Notes: generated by a model not told the origin, from the sequence alone. A stretch of DNA of 64,000 nt from Patescibacteria group bacterium (GCA_040388985.1 JAZKAU010000002.1:119642-183641); one strand, 5' to 3'; positions 47,844 to 57,408 are shown, counted from the first letter of the stretch. Numbers and translations are program-made.

Positions 47844-48362
47844 CTATTTCGACTCTTTGTAGAGTTTCACGGCGCGTTCGAATGCGGCCTGCGCTTCTTT
47901 GCGGTCAGCAAATCCTTCGATAACGACTTCCTTCTTCTGCAGGCCCTTATAGGTCTCAAAGAAGTGCTGGATCTCTTTAAGGGTGTGAGGATTTACATCT
48001 CCCAAATCCTGGACATCGTTGAAGCGTGGATCCTGCGTCGGAACAGCAAGTATCTTGTAGTCACTTTCTCCGCCGTCGATCATACGCACCACTGCGACAG
48101 GACGAGCTCGGACGAGGACGCCGGGCACGAACGGATACGTCGAAAGAAGAATGGCATCCAGCGCATCCCCGTCATCCCAAAGGGTCTGTGGAACAAAGCC
48201 GTATTCGACCGGGAAGTCCTGCGCGGTATGAAGAACGCGATCGAGCGCAATCATGCCGGTCTCCTTATCTATCTCGTACTTGTTCTTCGAGCCGCGTGGG
48301 CATTCGATGATGATATTCATCTCATCGCTGGTTCCCGGTGCTATGTCGTGAAGTAGGTGCAT
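47844..48362 (-). CDS. ppa: inorganic pyrophosphatase (family I)
   Basis: 172 aa; DGDALDAILL...VRMIDGGESDYKILAVP motifs. Confidence 0.92.
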   Translation of the reverse strand: MHLLHDIAPGTSDEMNIIIECPRGSKNKYEIDKETGMIALDRVLHTAQDFPVEYGFVPQTLWDDGDALDAILLSTYPFVPGVLVRARPVAVVRMIDGGESDYKILAVPTQDPRFNDVQDLGDVNPHTLKEIQHFFETYKGLQKKEVVIEGFADRKEAQAAFERAVKLYKESK

Positions 48363-48398
48363 GGATTGTTCTAGTTAGATAGGTAGATGATACCAGCT

Positions 48399-49853
48399 CT
48401 AGGATGCGTCTTTGACGGACTCGGAGCTCTCGTCGCGAGCCTCGCTCGCGTCCGAGGTCGCGCCGTTGTCCGTGAAACCAGTCTCCTCTTCCATGCTGAG
48501 CGAGCCGTTCGTTTCATCCGCTGCGTCAGGGACGATGATGGACTCGGTGCCCACCGTATCAGCCTCAGCGACAGAGTCGCTCTGGGGATCGGTAAGGGCT
48601 TCCTGCATCTCGCTCGCGCCTTCGCTCGCGGCCTCGTCTATGGTCTCTTCGGATGGAGTCTGGTCAGGACGCAGTGATACGTCAGCGTCGGCTTCTCCTA
48701 CGGATTCACCGCCGAGCGAGATGATGTCGATATTCCAGCCAGTGAGCTTCGCGGCCAGGCGTACGTTCTGTCCGCCGCGGCCGATGGCGAGTGACTGCTG
48801 GTCTTCGCTTACGGTAACGAGCGCGCGGTGATCAGCTTCGTCGAGTTTCACCTCGAGGACGGATGCAGGATTGAGCGACTCCTTTATATAGGCAACCTGG
48901 TCTTCGGACCATTCGATGATGTCGATGCGCTCTCCGCCGAGTGCGCCCATGACGGTCGAGACGCGTACGCCGCGCTGACCTACGAGCGCGCCAACAGGAT
49001 CGACATGTGGGTCGATGGAAGCGATGGCGATCTTCGTGCGGCTACCTGCTTCGCGCGCGAGCCCTTTGACTTCAAGGGAGCCAGCTGCAAGTTCAGGCAC
49101 TTCGGCTTCGAAAAGTTTCACAAGGAATTTCGGATGCGCGCGTGAAAGGCGCAGGTATACGCCGCGGAACCCTTCATCCACCGTGTAGAGGAAGGCACGG
49201 ATACGCTCGCCGGCACGGAAGCGCTCTCCCGGAATCTGCTCCTCGTAGGGGATGATGCCGGTCGCGCGACCGAGGTCGACGAAGATGGCACCGCGCTCGA
49301 TGCGCTGGACGATACCGGAAACGATCTCGCCCTTCTTGTGACCGAACTCTTCGAGGATGGAGAGCTTCTCGGCCTCGCGGATCTTCTGGATGACGACCTG
49401 CTTTGCGGTCTGTGCCGCGATGCGGCCGAAGTCGTCCTGCGGCTCGAGCGGGAAGACGAGTTCGCCGCCGAGCGTGGCGTCGCGCTTGATGCGCTTGGCG
49501 TCCTCGAGGAGGATGTGCTTCTCAGCGTCGAAGCGAGGAAGCTCGCCTTCAGGAGTATCGTCGTGCTCGTGTCCGAAGCGATCCTGGTGATGGTCAGCCT
49601 GCGCAAGCTCCTCCACTTCCTCAGGATCAGGGAAGCGCACCATCGTATCGTCCACGATGGTCTTTACCTGTTCGAAGGTGACTCCGCCCGAGTTCATGTC
49701 GAGCTTGGCGCGCACGACCTGGCCGCGCTTGCCGTACTCCTTCTTGTACGCGGTCGCCATGGCTGACTCGATGGCCTCCATCATGGTCTCACGGCTGATG
49801 CCGCGGTCTTCGAACTCTCCGAGCACTGAATGTATCGTCTTTAGGTCCAACAT
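48399..49853 (-). CDS. nusA: transcription termination/antitermination factor NusA with acidic C-terminal extension
   Basis: N-terminal NusA domain, S1 and two KH domains; ~90-aa acidic Asp/Glu/Ser tail; ATG confirmed. Confidence 0.9.
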   Translation of the reverse strand: MLDLKTIHSVLGEFEDRGISRETMMEAIESAMATAYKKEYGKRGQVVRAKLDMNSGGVTFEQVKTIVDDTMVRFPDPEEVEELAQADHHQDRFGHEHDDTPEGELPRFDAEKHILLEDAKRIKRDATLGGELVFPLEPQDDFGRIAAQTAKQVVIQKIREAEKLSILEEFGHKKGEIVSGIVQRIERGAIFVDLGRATGIIPYEEQIPGERFRAGERIRAFLYTVDEGFRGVYLRLSRAHPKFLVKLFEAEVPELAAGSLEVKGLAREAGSRTKIAIASIDPHVDPVGALVGQRGVRVSTVMGALGGERIDIIEWSEDQVAYIKESLNPASVLEVKLDEADHRALVTVSEDQQSLAIGRGGQNVRLAAKLTGWNIDIISLGGESVGEADADVSLRPDQTPSEETIDEAASEGASEMQEALTDPQSDSVAEADTVGTESIIVPDAADETNGSLSMEEETGFTDNGATSDASEARDESSESVKDAS

Positions 49854-49981
49854 ATTCGTGTATTTAATTGTGTATTCCCGTATGTAATTTTCGCCCGATA
49901 AAAAGAAAGGCCCGCGGGTGCGGACATCTCAGACCTCTACAACATACCATATATAGGCTCACTCGGTCAACGAGCCGTTCG

Positions 49982-50056
49982 GAGCCGGAGATAAAAGCGC
50001 CGTTCCGCATAGGAATGCTGCACTTGGCAATCCTGAACCGCTTTTATCTCCGGCTC
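49982..50056. repeat. palindromic-armed element C (18-bp perfect inverted arms gagccggagataaaagcg / cgcttttatctccggctc around a 39-nt core) ~130 nt upstream of nusA
   Basis: The core gctgcacttggcaatc resembles gctgcactcggcattc of element B (13 of 16 positions identical); ATAAAAG/CTTTTAT arm signature as in A and B. Confidence 0.6.
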
Positions 50057-50169
50057 CTCTCTGCGTTACCTCGTTCGCTTTCAGGGGCAGAGCTTGATAT
50101 TTGTTGGTAGTATGGTAAAAATCATTCGGTTGCCAATCCGGCACTGAATAATCTACAGGAGACGTTGTT

Positions 50170-50460
50170 ATGCCGGGAGGAAGCATGAATACCCGCCCCT
50201 TCGATCCCACCAGTAAGCTGGACTGGTTCAGCGCGGATTTCGGAGCTCTGTTCTACACCACGATCGTCGTATGCATCGTACTCGCCGTTCTGGTCGGCGG
50301 AAGCTATGCCATCGTGTCATACTTCTCCGTTCAGACTCAGATCCTGCTGCTGATTGGCGCGAGCGTGGCGATCGCCTTCGTGATCGTGTTCTGCCTCCGG
50401 CGGAACTGGATGGTCCACGGCGAACCGCGGCAATTCCGCTATATCTGCCGCTGGCTCTGA
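50170..50460 (+). CDS. small membrane protein (2 TM), unknown
   Basis: 96 aa with two long hydrophobic helices. Confidence 0.4.
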   Translation: MPGGSMNTRPFDPTSKLDWFSADFGALFYTTIVVCIVLAVLVGGSYAIVSYFSVQTQILLLIGASVAIAFVIVFCLRRNWMVHGEPRQFRYICRWL

Positions 50461-50569
50461 CCGATCGCAGCGGTCAGATGTTCGGGGAGCGCGTCTGACA
50501 AACGCGCTCTTCCCTTTTCCCCTAATTTAAAAAGTTATACAGGCGAAGCTTCGGTATACTGTATGCAGC

Positions 50570-52315
50570 ATGCAAGTACCGGAAAGCGAGCTGAAGAGTT
50601 TCATACTTGATTCGGGACTAGTGTCCCGACAGAATCTCGATGCTGCCGAAGCGGAGGCGAAGGAGCGCGCTCAATCGGTGGGCGACATTCTCGTAAATTG
50701 GGGAATGCTTTCGAGCGACGCGCTTAGGCGCACGAAGGCATACGTGCTCGGCATCCCGTTCGTGAATCTTCGCGACGCGAATCTTTCGTTCGATGTCCTC
50801 TCGCTGATACCGGAACCTATCGCCCGCGGCCGCAATATCGTCGCATTCGTCAGGAACGGGAACGAGCTTGAAGTGGCTATGCTCGACACGCGCGACCTGT
50901 CTGCCGTTGACTCGACCATCGCCAAGACCGGGCTTAAAGTCCTTCCGCGTCTCACTGACGAGGAGTCGATGCGTCATGCGCTCCTGCACTACCAGAAGCT
51001 GCTCAAAGCGGAATTCGGCGACCGCATAGCAAGCGAAGTCGGCAGGCTTACGCCGACACGAGGAGAAGGGAAGGCTGCATCCGCAGAAGAGCTCGCGCTG
51101 GTGGCACAAGATCTTTCCATCGTCCGCATCGTCGATACGTTGCTGCGCCATGCGATCCTGCAGAATGCGTCGGACGTGCATGTCGAACCGCTCGAGAAGG
51201 ATGTCCTCGTTCGCTACAGGATCGACGGCGCCTTGCATGACGCGATGACGCTCCCGTCTACGGCGAATGCTGGCATCGCAGCGCGCATAAAGACGCTCGC
51301 GAACCTCGCGCTCGGAGAGACGCGAGCGCCGCAGGATGGGCGCTTCAAGCTCGAGACCGGCGCGGAATCGGTATCCTTCCGCGTCTCGGTCCTGCCAACG
51401 CACTCAGGCGAGAAGATCGTCATGCGCCTTCTGCGCGAGACGGGAGAGGGCTTCACGCTCGACACGCTCGGCTTCCACGGCGCCTCCCAGGAATGCGTCC
51501 ATAAAGCCATACGCGCGAAGCGCGGACTGATCCTCGTCGCGGGCCCTCGTGGCTCCGGAAAGACGACGACGCTCTACACTATCCTCGACATCCTGAATAC
51601 TCCGGACGTGAGCATCGCGACTATCGAAGACAGGGTCGAGTATAGGATGAACCGGGTGAATCAGACGCAGACGGATCCGGAAATAGGGCTCACGACCGCT
51701 CATGGCCTGCGCGCTCTTCTTCGCCAGGACCCCGACATACTCATGGTGGGTGATATCCGCGATAGCGAGACGGCGGCGCTTGCGGTGAACGCTGCTCTGA
51801 CCGGACACTTGGTAGTCGCGAGCATTACGGGTGATACGGCAGCGGGCGCCGTGCTACGGCTTCTGGATATGGGTATCGAATCATCACAGATAGCTAGGGC
51901 ACTCACGCTCGTCGTGGGGCAGCGCCTGGCGCGCGGGCTCTGCGACCCTAAGGAGGCCTACTCGCTCGACGCCTCGTCGCGCATAGATATCGCAGAGGCG
52001 ACGTCCTTCAAGGCCGCATTCGATGCCTTGGTGTCCGAGGGCTTGGTGCAGCCGGGGACGCTCATAGATACGCTGCCGTTTTATAAAGCCGTTCCGTCTG
52101 CGCTCTGCGATGACGGATATCGCGGGCACACCGCTCTGCAGGAAGTCCTACCGATCTCTCCCGCTATCCGCGATCTCATCCTCGAAGAGGCGTCCGCCGC
52201 TGAGATAGAGACCCAAGCACGAAAGGAAGGCATGCTCACGCTCCTTGAAGACGGTATCTATAAGGCGACGAGAGGGTTCACGAGTTTGGAAGAAGTGCTT
52301 CGTATAGCTACCTAA
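50570..52315 (+). CDS. pilB: type IV pilus/type II secretion assembly ATPase (PilB/GspE family)
   Basis: N-terminal GSPII_E_N-like domain, Walker A GPRGSGKTTTLY, Asp box, His box; 581 aa; TATACT box 9 nt before the ATG. Confidence 0.85.
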   Translation: MQVPESELKSFILDSGLVSRQNLDAAEAEAKERAQSVGDILVNWGMLSSDALRRTKAYVLGIPFVNLRDANLSFDVLSLIPEPIARGRNIVAFVRNGNELEVAMLDTRDLSAVDSTIAKTGLKVLPRLTDEESMRHALLHYQKLLKAEFGDRIASEVGRLTPTRGEGKAASAEELALVAQDLSIVRIVDTLLRHAILQNASDVHVEPLEKDVLVRYRIDGALHDAMTLPSTANAGIAARIKTLANLALGETRAPQDGRFKLETGAESVSFRVSVLPTHSGEKIVMRLLRETGEGFTLDTLGFHGASQECVHKAIRAKRGLILVAGPRGSGKTTTLYTILDILNTPDVSIATIEDRVEYRMNRVNQTQTDPEIGLTTAHGLRALLRQDPDILMVGDIRDSETAALAVNAALTGHLVVASITGDTAAGAVLRLLDMGIESSQIARALTLVVGQRLARGLCDPKEAYSLDASSRIDIAEATSFKAAFDALVSEGLVQPGTLIDTLPFYKAVPSALCDDGYRGHTALQEVLPISPAIRDLILEEASAAEIETQARKEGMLTLLEDGIYKATRGFTSLEEVLRIAT

Positions 52316-52325
52316 GTAGATCGAC

Positions 52326-53060
52326 TCATTTGCTCGCCTTCCAGAGAAAGTCAAAGTAATTCTGGTAGTTCTTTGCAAGTTCAGCGTTGATGATTTCAAC
52401 GACGGTGTACGGCTCAGTGAAGGTTTGGATACAGATACGATCTTGTAATATTTCTACATTATTGGTGTCGCTGCCAATGAGCGGGTTGAAGCGCAGTTCG
52501 GTTAGACCATTGCCTTCTGCAAGCAATGACCGTATCTGCGGGAAAGAGGTCTTAGCGATGCCTCGCAAACGTAACCTCTTTTCTCTTTGTATCCGGGTTA
52601 CTTCCTTTTCTGTCGCAAGACCTACGACGGCATGCCAATGAGGCGAGGTACCAAGATACCGATGAAGCGCACCAGGTTCAGCAAGCTCATAGGAGCGTAC
52701 GACGTGACGACGGAATTCATCGATACCTTCATATACGATCACTTCCTGGCGATTCTTCTTCGTAAGGTGCGAGAGTTCTTCTATCGCATGCTTGGCTATG
52801 CGCTCCTTTTCTTCGACATCAGCCAGAAGACGGGTAGGGGAGAGGAGTTTGAACATTAATATGCCTCGCTCGCGCGCGCTGGTAATAAGTTTCTTTTCGA
52901 CAAGTTCTTCAAGCGCGGTATAGACGATGTTGCGGTGCATCCCTGTCTGCTTTATGAGCTCCCCAGCCTTCGCGCTCCCTGCCTTTGCAAGTGCGAGATA
53001 GAGCACGGTCTGATTCTCCGTGAGGCCAAGCTTCTGCAGATTGTCGAAAATGGCTGTCAT
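52326..53060 (-). CDS. TrmB-family winged-helix transcriptional regulator, paralog 7
   Basis: LQKLGLTENQTVLYLALAKAGSAKAGELIKQTGMHRNIVYTALEELVEKKLI; C-terminal QNYFDFLW. Confidence 0.7.
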   Translation of the reverse strand: MTAIFDNLQKLGLTENQTVLYLALAKAGSAKAGELIKQTGMHRNIVYTALEELVEKKLITSARERGILMFKLLSPTRLLADVEEKERIAKHAIEELSHLTKKNRQEVIVYEGIDEFRRHVVRSYELAEPGALHRYLGTSPHWHAVVGLATEKEVTRIQREKRLRLRGIAKTSFPQIRSLLAEGNGLTELRFNPLIGSDTNNVEILQDRICIQTFTEPYTVVEIINAELAKNYQNYFDFLWKASK

Positions 53061-53163
53061 ATCCGAAGTGATAGTTAGTAAGGAGTGTCGTCGGAATAGA
53101 GCATTTCTATTCTTTTATCATATATCATCATGAATATGTTGACAAATATGCAAGTGGACGCAA

Positions 53164-53967
53164 TTGTTTCGTATAGATGCAGACCTTGAACCTCGGAAGG
53201 AACTCATGATGCGCAAAGAACTGACATCCTCGGAGGAGATTCCGAATGAAATGATAGAGAATGATGCAAGGCGTGCAGAGATGGCCATGTTCCTATCCAA
53301 CTGGGCAGAGGAGTACCTATTGCAGACACAGCAGAACAGACTGTTCGAGAATACTAGTTCGGAGGCACGGGGGTGGAGTGACCGTCAGAAGGAAACGTTC
53401 GTCGCGCTCCTATATCACGCGCGCGGACATTTCTATCGGTTCCTTTGGCATCTTGCAAACCAGGCTTCTCTCGAACAACGAAAGGTAGTATTCGAGAATA
53501 TAAGGGATGAACTCGGCGGAGAATCATACGCCCCGCACGAAGTTTTATTCTCGCGCTTTGCTGCGGAGTTCGGCACGGATGTTCAGAAGGAGATGTTTGG
53601 ACGAACAGCCCTCTGGGATCACTTCCTCGCAGGATTCAACGATGGGCATCTTCGTTTCATCCTCACGCACGAATCTGATGCCAATTGGGCGTTCTTCTCG
53701 GCGTATGAGCTCCTTGATAATGTGGACTACGTGAATTTATTGAATCTGGCAAAAGCAATGGGGGCATGTAAGCCAGAAGCCCTCGAATTCTTCGAAGTCC
53801 ATATTGGAAGCACCCACCATGAAGAGACAAGAAGGCTTCTTTCTGATATCTGGGTAGCGAATCCGGATAGTGTACGAGAGGCGTTTGCATTCATCGCGCA
53901 GCATCAGCTCAGAATGTGGCGAGGGATAGAGAGTGTGATCATGCCGTACGCGCCGGGCGTGCGCTGA
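53164..53967 (+). CDS. heme-oxygenase-like fold protein (TenA/PqqC/iron-containing redox enzyme-like), tentative
   Basis: 267 aa; helical, with HE..F...F..EFG-type motif reminiscent of TenA/CADD-like proteins; divergent from paralog 7. The assignment is weak. Confidence 0.35.
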   Translation: MFRIDADLEPRKELMMRKELTSSEEIPNEMIENDARRAEMAMFLSNWAEEYLLQTQQNRLFENTSSEARGWSDRQKETFVALLYHARGHFYRFLWHLANQASLEQRKVVFENIRDELGGESYAPHEVLFSRFAAEFGTDVQKEMFGRTALWDHFLAGFNDGHLRFILTHESDANWAFFSAYELLDNVDYVNLLNLAKAMGACKPEALEFFEVHIGSTHHEETRRLLSDIWVANPDSVREAFAFIAQHQLRMWRGIESVIMPYAPGVR

Positions 53968-54016
53968 GAACTACAAACATCCGGGGCGGCCCCGGATGTT
54001 TTTTTGCTGAGGAAAC

Positions 54017-54790
54017 ATGACACCGAGTAACTGGTATCATATGCCTATGTTGATTGTCGCTAACTGGAAGGCGTATGTGGAGTCGAGTACGAAAGCCAAG
54101 GTGCTGCTTGCGAGCGCGAAGAAGCTCGCGGCAGTGAGTCCTCACGAGATAGTATTGGCACCGCCTAGCCCGCTGCTGGGACTACTTACTCCCGGCAATA
54201 GGTCAAAGGTCAGGTTCGGCGCGCAGGATGTGTCGGATTCTACCGGAGGCGCCGCTACCGGCGAGGTTACTGCTGCGCTGCTTTCCGGCATGGGAGTGAA
54301 GTACGTCATCGTCGGACATTCTGAGCGCCGCGCGCAAGGTGAGACGAACGAGGTTGTCGCGTCGAAAGTCTCGCATGCGCTCGCGCACGGCCTCACGCCT
54401 ATCGTGTGCATCGGAGAACGGGAACGCGATGCGGACGCGACGTATCTGCACGGGCTGCGAGCGCAGCTCGCAGCCGTGTTCGCGCCGCTTTCTCAGAAAG
54501 AACGCATGGAGGTCGTCGTCGCCTATGAGCCGATATGGGCGATAGGAAAGACGGCAGCGGATGCCATCACCGCGCATGACTTGCGCGAGATGGTGCTTTA
54601 CATACGGAAGGTGCTTGAAGAGTATCTCCCCGGAAAGGGGGCCTCTAGTATACGGGTGATATACGGCGGTTCAGTCGAGCCGGGAGATGTGCGAGAGCTT
54701 GCAAGCGGCAGCGGCGCAGACGGGTTCCTAGTCGGACACGCGAGCGCAGATGTCGGGATGTTTACGAAGCTTGTAAGAGAAATCTCGTGA
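54017..54790 (+). CDS. tpiA: triose-phosphate isomerase
   Basis: ANWKAY, VGHSERR, IVCIGE, AYEPIWAIGKT, YGGSV motifs; GAGGAAA SD. Confidence 0.92.
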   Translation: MTPSNWYHMPMLIVANWKAYVESSTKAKVLLASAKKLAAVSPHEIVLAPPSPLLGLLTPGNRSKVRFGAQDVSDSTGGAATGEVTAALLSGMGVKYVIVGHSERRAQGETNEVVASKVSHALAHGLTPIVCIGERERDADATYLHGLRAQLAAVFAPLSQKERMEVVVAYEPIWAIGKTAADAITAHDLREMVLYIRKVLEEYLPGKGASSIRVIYGGSVEPGDVRELASGSGADGFLVGHASADVGMFTKLVREIS

Positions 54791-55512
54791 CCGCTCCAAA
54801 GCTATTCTTGGGAGCAGTCGGCATACTGATAGCATTCGTATGCGTGTATTGGGGTGTACGCTTCCTGTATCTGCTGAATGCGTCGAAGAAGCTGGTTGCC
54901 GCAGCAGTTCCGTATGAGCATCTAACGGCTGACACGAGCGTATCGATGCTCGTGCTTGGAGACAGTACTGCGGTTGGAGTAGGAGCGTCTACATCTACAG
55001 AAAGCCTGCCGGGTCTCGTAGCGCACTTCACGGGCGCGACCTATGTAGAGAATCATGCGGTCTCAGGTGCTGTGGTGAGCGATCTTGCCGGTCAGATAGG
55101 AAAGGCAGAGCTTACTCGCTATGACCTCATCCTCGTGCAGATAGGTGCGAACGATATCGTTCGGTTCCATGACGCCCGAGAGACTGCCGAACGACTCTCG
55201 AAGGTGCTCGGCACTCTACCGCAAGCCGAGCATGTCGTCGTACTCTCTGCGGGAGATGTCGGCGCAGCGACTCTCTTTCCCGAACCGATCCGTCCTTTCT
55301 ATACTCGCCTGAATCAAGGCTTCCACCAGGAATTCTCGCGAGCGCTTGCGGCGCAAGGCATTACCTACGTGAATCTTTCCACGGGTCCAGGAGTCGAACT
55401 CTTTATAGAGCAGCCGAACGTGTATCTTGCGGCCGACGGTTTTCACCCATCATCCGCAGGATATGGACTATGGTTCGAGGCCGTACGATCCTATCTCAAA
55501 GCGAATAAGTAG
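54787..55512 (+). CDS. SGNH/GDSL family hydrolase with N-terminal TM anchor
   Basis: VLGDSTAVG block I; GxND (QIGANDI) block; GTGA start overlapping the tpiA stop. Confidence 0.7.
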   Translation: MTAPKLFLGAVGILIAFVCVYWGVRFLYLLNASKKLVAAAVPYEHLTADTSVSMLVLGDSTAVGVGASTSTESLPGLVAHFTGATYVENHAVSGAVVSDLAGQIGKAELTRYDLILVQIGANDIVRFHDARETAERLSKVLGTLPQAEHVVVLSAGDVGAATLFPEPIRPFYTRLNQGFHQEFSRALAAQGITYVNLSTGPGVELFIEQPNVYLAADGFHPSSAGYGLWFEAVRSYLKANK

Positions 55513-55719
55513 CTACTGCGTAAGAGAGTCGAGATTCTGGGTATAGGTGTTAAGAAATGAGGGTACGACGAAGAGAAGACCGACGAGCGGAAGGACCACA
55601 GCGACGACCGTAACGATCATGGTCGTGAGAAAGTATTTCCTGGTCTTCTCGACGGATATGTAGATCGCATCTATTTTTTGTTCGAGCGCATGTAACCGAA
55701 GGCCGATATCAGGTTCCAT
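55513..55719 (-). CDS. small single-TM protein
   Basis: 68 aa; TTMIVTVVAVVLPLVGLLFVV helix. Confidence 0.3.
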   Translation of the reverse strand: MEPDIGLRLHALEQKIDAIYISVEKTRKYFLTTMIVTVVAVVLPLVGLLFVVPSFLNTYTQNLDSLTQ

Positions 55720-55880
55720 ATATGGAGTATTATACTCCTATGCCCGGTATGACAACTTCGGATAGATTTCTACATGCGCCAGTAGCTAGTAATGGAAATT
55801 TCTCTCTACGTATACATACGAGCGCTTTATCAGCCGGACCGTTCGAAATCAGGTGCGATACGAAGTTGTCATAACCGGGT

Positions 55881-57017
55881 ATGCGAAGCGTCAAAACTAT
55901 CAAGAAGCTCGAGAACATTCCGGTCCTGCTGCGCGGGTCGCTCAACGTACCCATAGAGAACGGCAAGGTCGCAAATACCTTTCGCCTACACGCCGTAGTC
56001 CCTACTATCGAATATCTCCAGTCGCGCTACGCGCGCGTTATTCTCATCGGACACATCGGCGAACAGGGTACGGAAACGCTCGAGCCGGTATATCAGGCGA
56101 TGAAGGAGTTCATCCCGAAGCTCGAATTCTGTCCGGTCACCATAGGCGCAAAGGCGCGCGAAGCGGTACGCAATCTGCCGCCCGGAGGCGTGCTCATGCT
56201 TGAGAACTTGCGCCGCGATACAGGGGAGACAAAGAACAGTCCCGACTTCGCGACCGCACTCGCAGAACTCGCGGATGTCTTCATACAGGATTCGTTCGAT
56301 GTGTGCCACCGTGAGCACGCTTCAGTAGTGGGCGTGCCGAAACTCCTGCCGAGCTATGCAGGCTTCCAGCTTCTGAAGGAAGTGAAGGAACTCACGAAGG
56401 CACTGAAGCCCAAGAGTCCGTCGTTGGCCGTCATCGGCGGCGCAAAGTTCTCTACTAAGGAGCCGGTCCTGACTTCACTCCTGAAGTCATACGACCGAGT
56501 CTTCGTGGGCGGCGCGCTCGCAAACGATTTCATGCGTGAAGGAGGGTATTCGATAGGGAAGTCGCTTACATCGCTCGAAGCGGATACGCATGCCATCCGT
56601 GCGCTCCTCAAGAATCCGAAACTCATGCTTCCGCTCGACGAGGAAGTGGCGAATCCGGGTGAAGATAGCACGCACGCCGAAGTGGTCACCACTGGCTCGG
56701 TTCCTTCAGGAGAAGCTATCTATGATGACGGTCCGAAGACGGTAGCTGAGCTTGCGAAACTTGCTGCGAACGCAAAGACGGTTCTCTGGAACGGCCCGCT
56801 CGGCCTGTACGAGAAAGGATTTACTGATGCGACCGAGGGACTCGCACGCGCCATAGGGGAGTCTTCGGCGTATTCGATACTTGGCGGCGGCGACACGGTC
56901 GCGGCCGTCGAAGAGCTCGGACTCTCTAAGCGCTTCTCTTTCATCTCCACTGGCGGCGGAGCCATGCTCGATTTTCTCGCAACAGGAACGCTGTCCGGTA
57001 TCGACGCGCTTAACTAG
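55881..57017 (+). CDS. pgk: phosphoglycerate kinase
   Basis: RVILIGHIGEQG..., GGGDTVAAV, STGGGAMLDFL motifs; 378 aa. Confidence 0.93.
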   Translation: MRSVKTIKKLENIPVLLRGSLNVPIENGKVANTFRLHAVVPTIEYLQSRYARVILIGHIGEQGTETLEPVYQAMKEFIPKLEFCPVTIGAKAREAVRNLPPGGVLMLENLRRDTGETKNSPDFATALAELADVFIQDSFDVCHREHASVVGVPKLLPSYAGFQLLKEVKELTKALKPKSPSLAVIGGAKFSTKEPVLTSLLKSYDRVFVGGALANDFMREGGYSIGKSLTSLEADTHAIRALLKNPKLMLPLDEEVANPGEDSTHAEVVTTGSVPSGEAIYDDGPKTVAELAKLAANAKTVLWNGPLGLYEKGFTDATEGLARAIGESSAYSILGGGDTVAAVEELGLSKRFSFISTGGGAMLDFLATGTLSGIDALN

Positions 57018-57408
57018 GTTGCGATACTTTTCGAATCTTCTCGGCGACTTCTTTGAGAGTCTCGTCGCTCGCCATGGGCCCTGGAGCAAGAGCAAGGTGT
57101 CCGCTCACTATCGGATAGAGACGAACGTGTACGTGCGGGACGTCGAATCCTTCTACTATCATGCACGTGCGGAGCGTTCCGAAAGTCTGATCCAAGATCC
57201 TCGCCATCTTTTTCGTGACTTCCATAAGATGAAGATAGGTTTCCGGATCAAGGTCGAAGATATAGGGAGCAGGCTGTTTCGGTATGACTACCGTCTGCCC
57301 TTCGGTATTCGGGAATCGGTCGAGTATGACGATGACGCTATCATCCTCATAGAGGATCTCTGCGGGAAGTTCCCGGTCGATTATCTTCGTGAATACGGTC
57401 TTTTCCAT
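57010..57408 (-). CDS. HIT family (histidine triad) protein
   Basis: VFTKIIDRELPAEILYEDD...HVHVRLYP histidine triad HxHxH-like. Confidence 0.85.
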   Translation of the reverse strand: MEKTVFTKIIDRELPAEILYEDDSVIVILDRFPNTEGQTVVIPKQPAPYIFDLDPETYLHLMEVTKKMARILDQTFGTLRTCMIVEGFDVPHVHVRLYPIVSGHLALAPGPMASDETLKEVAEKIRKVSQPS

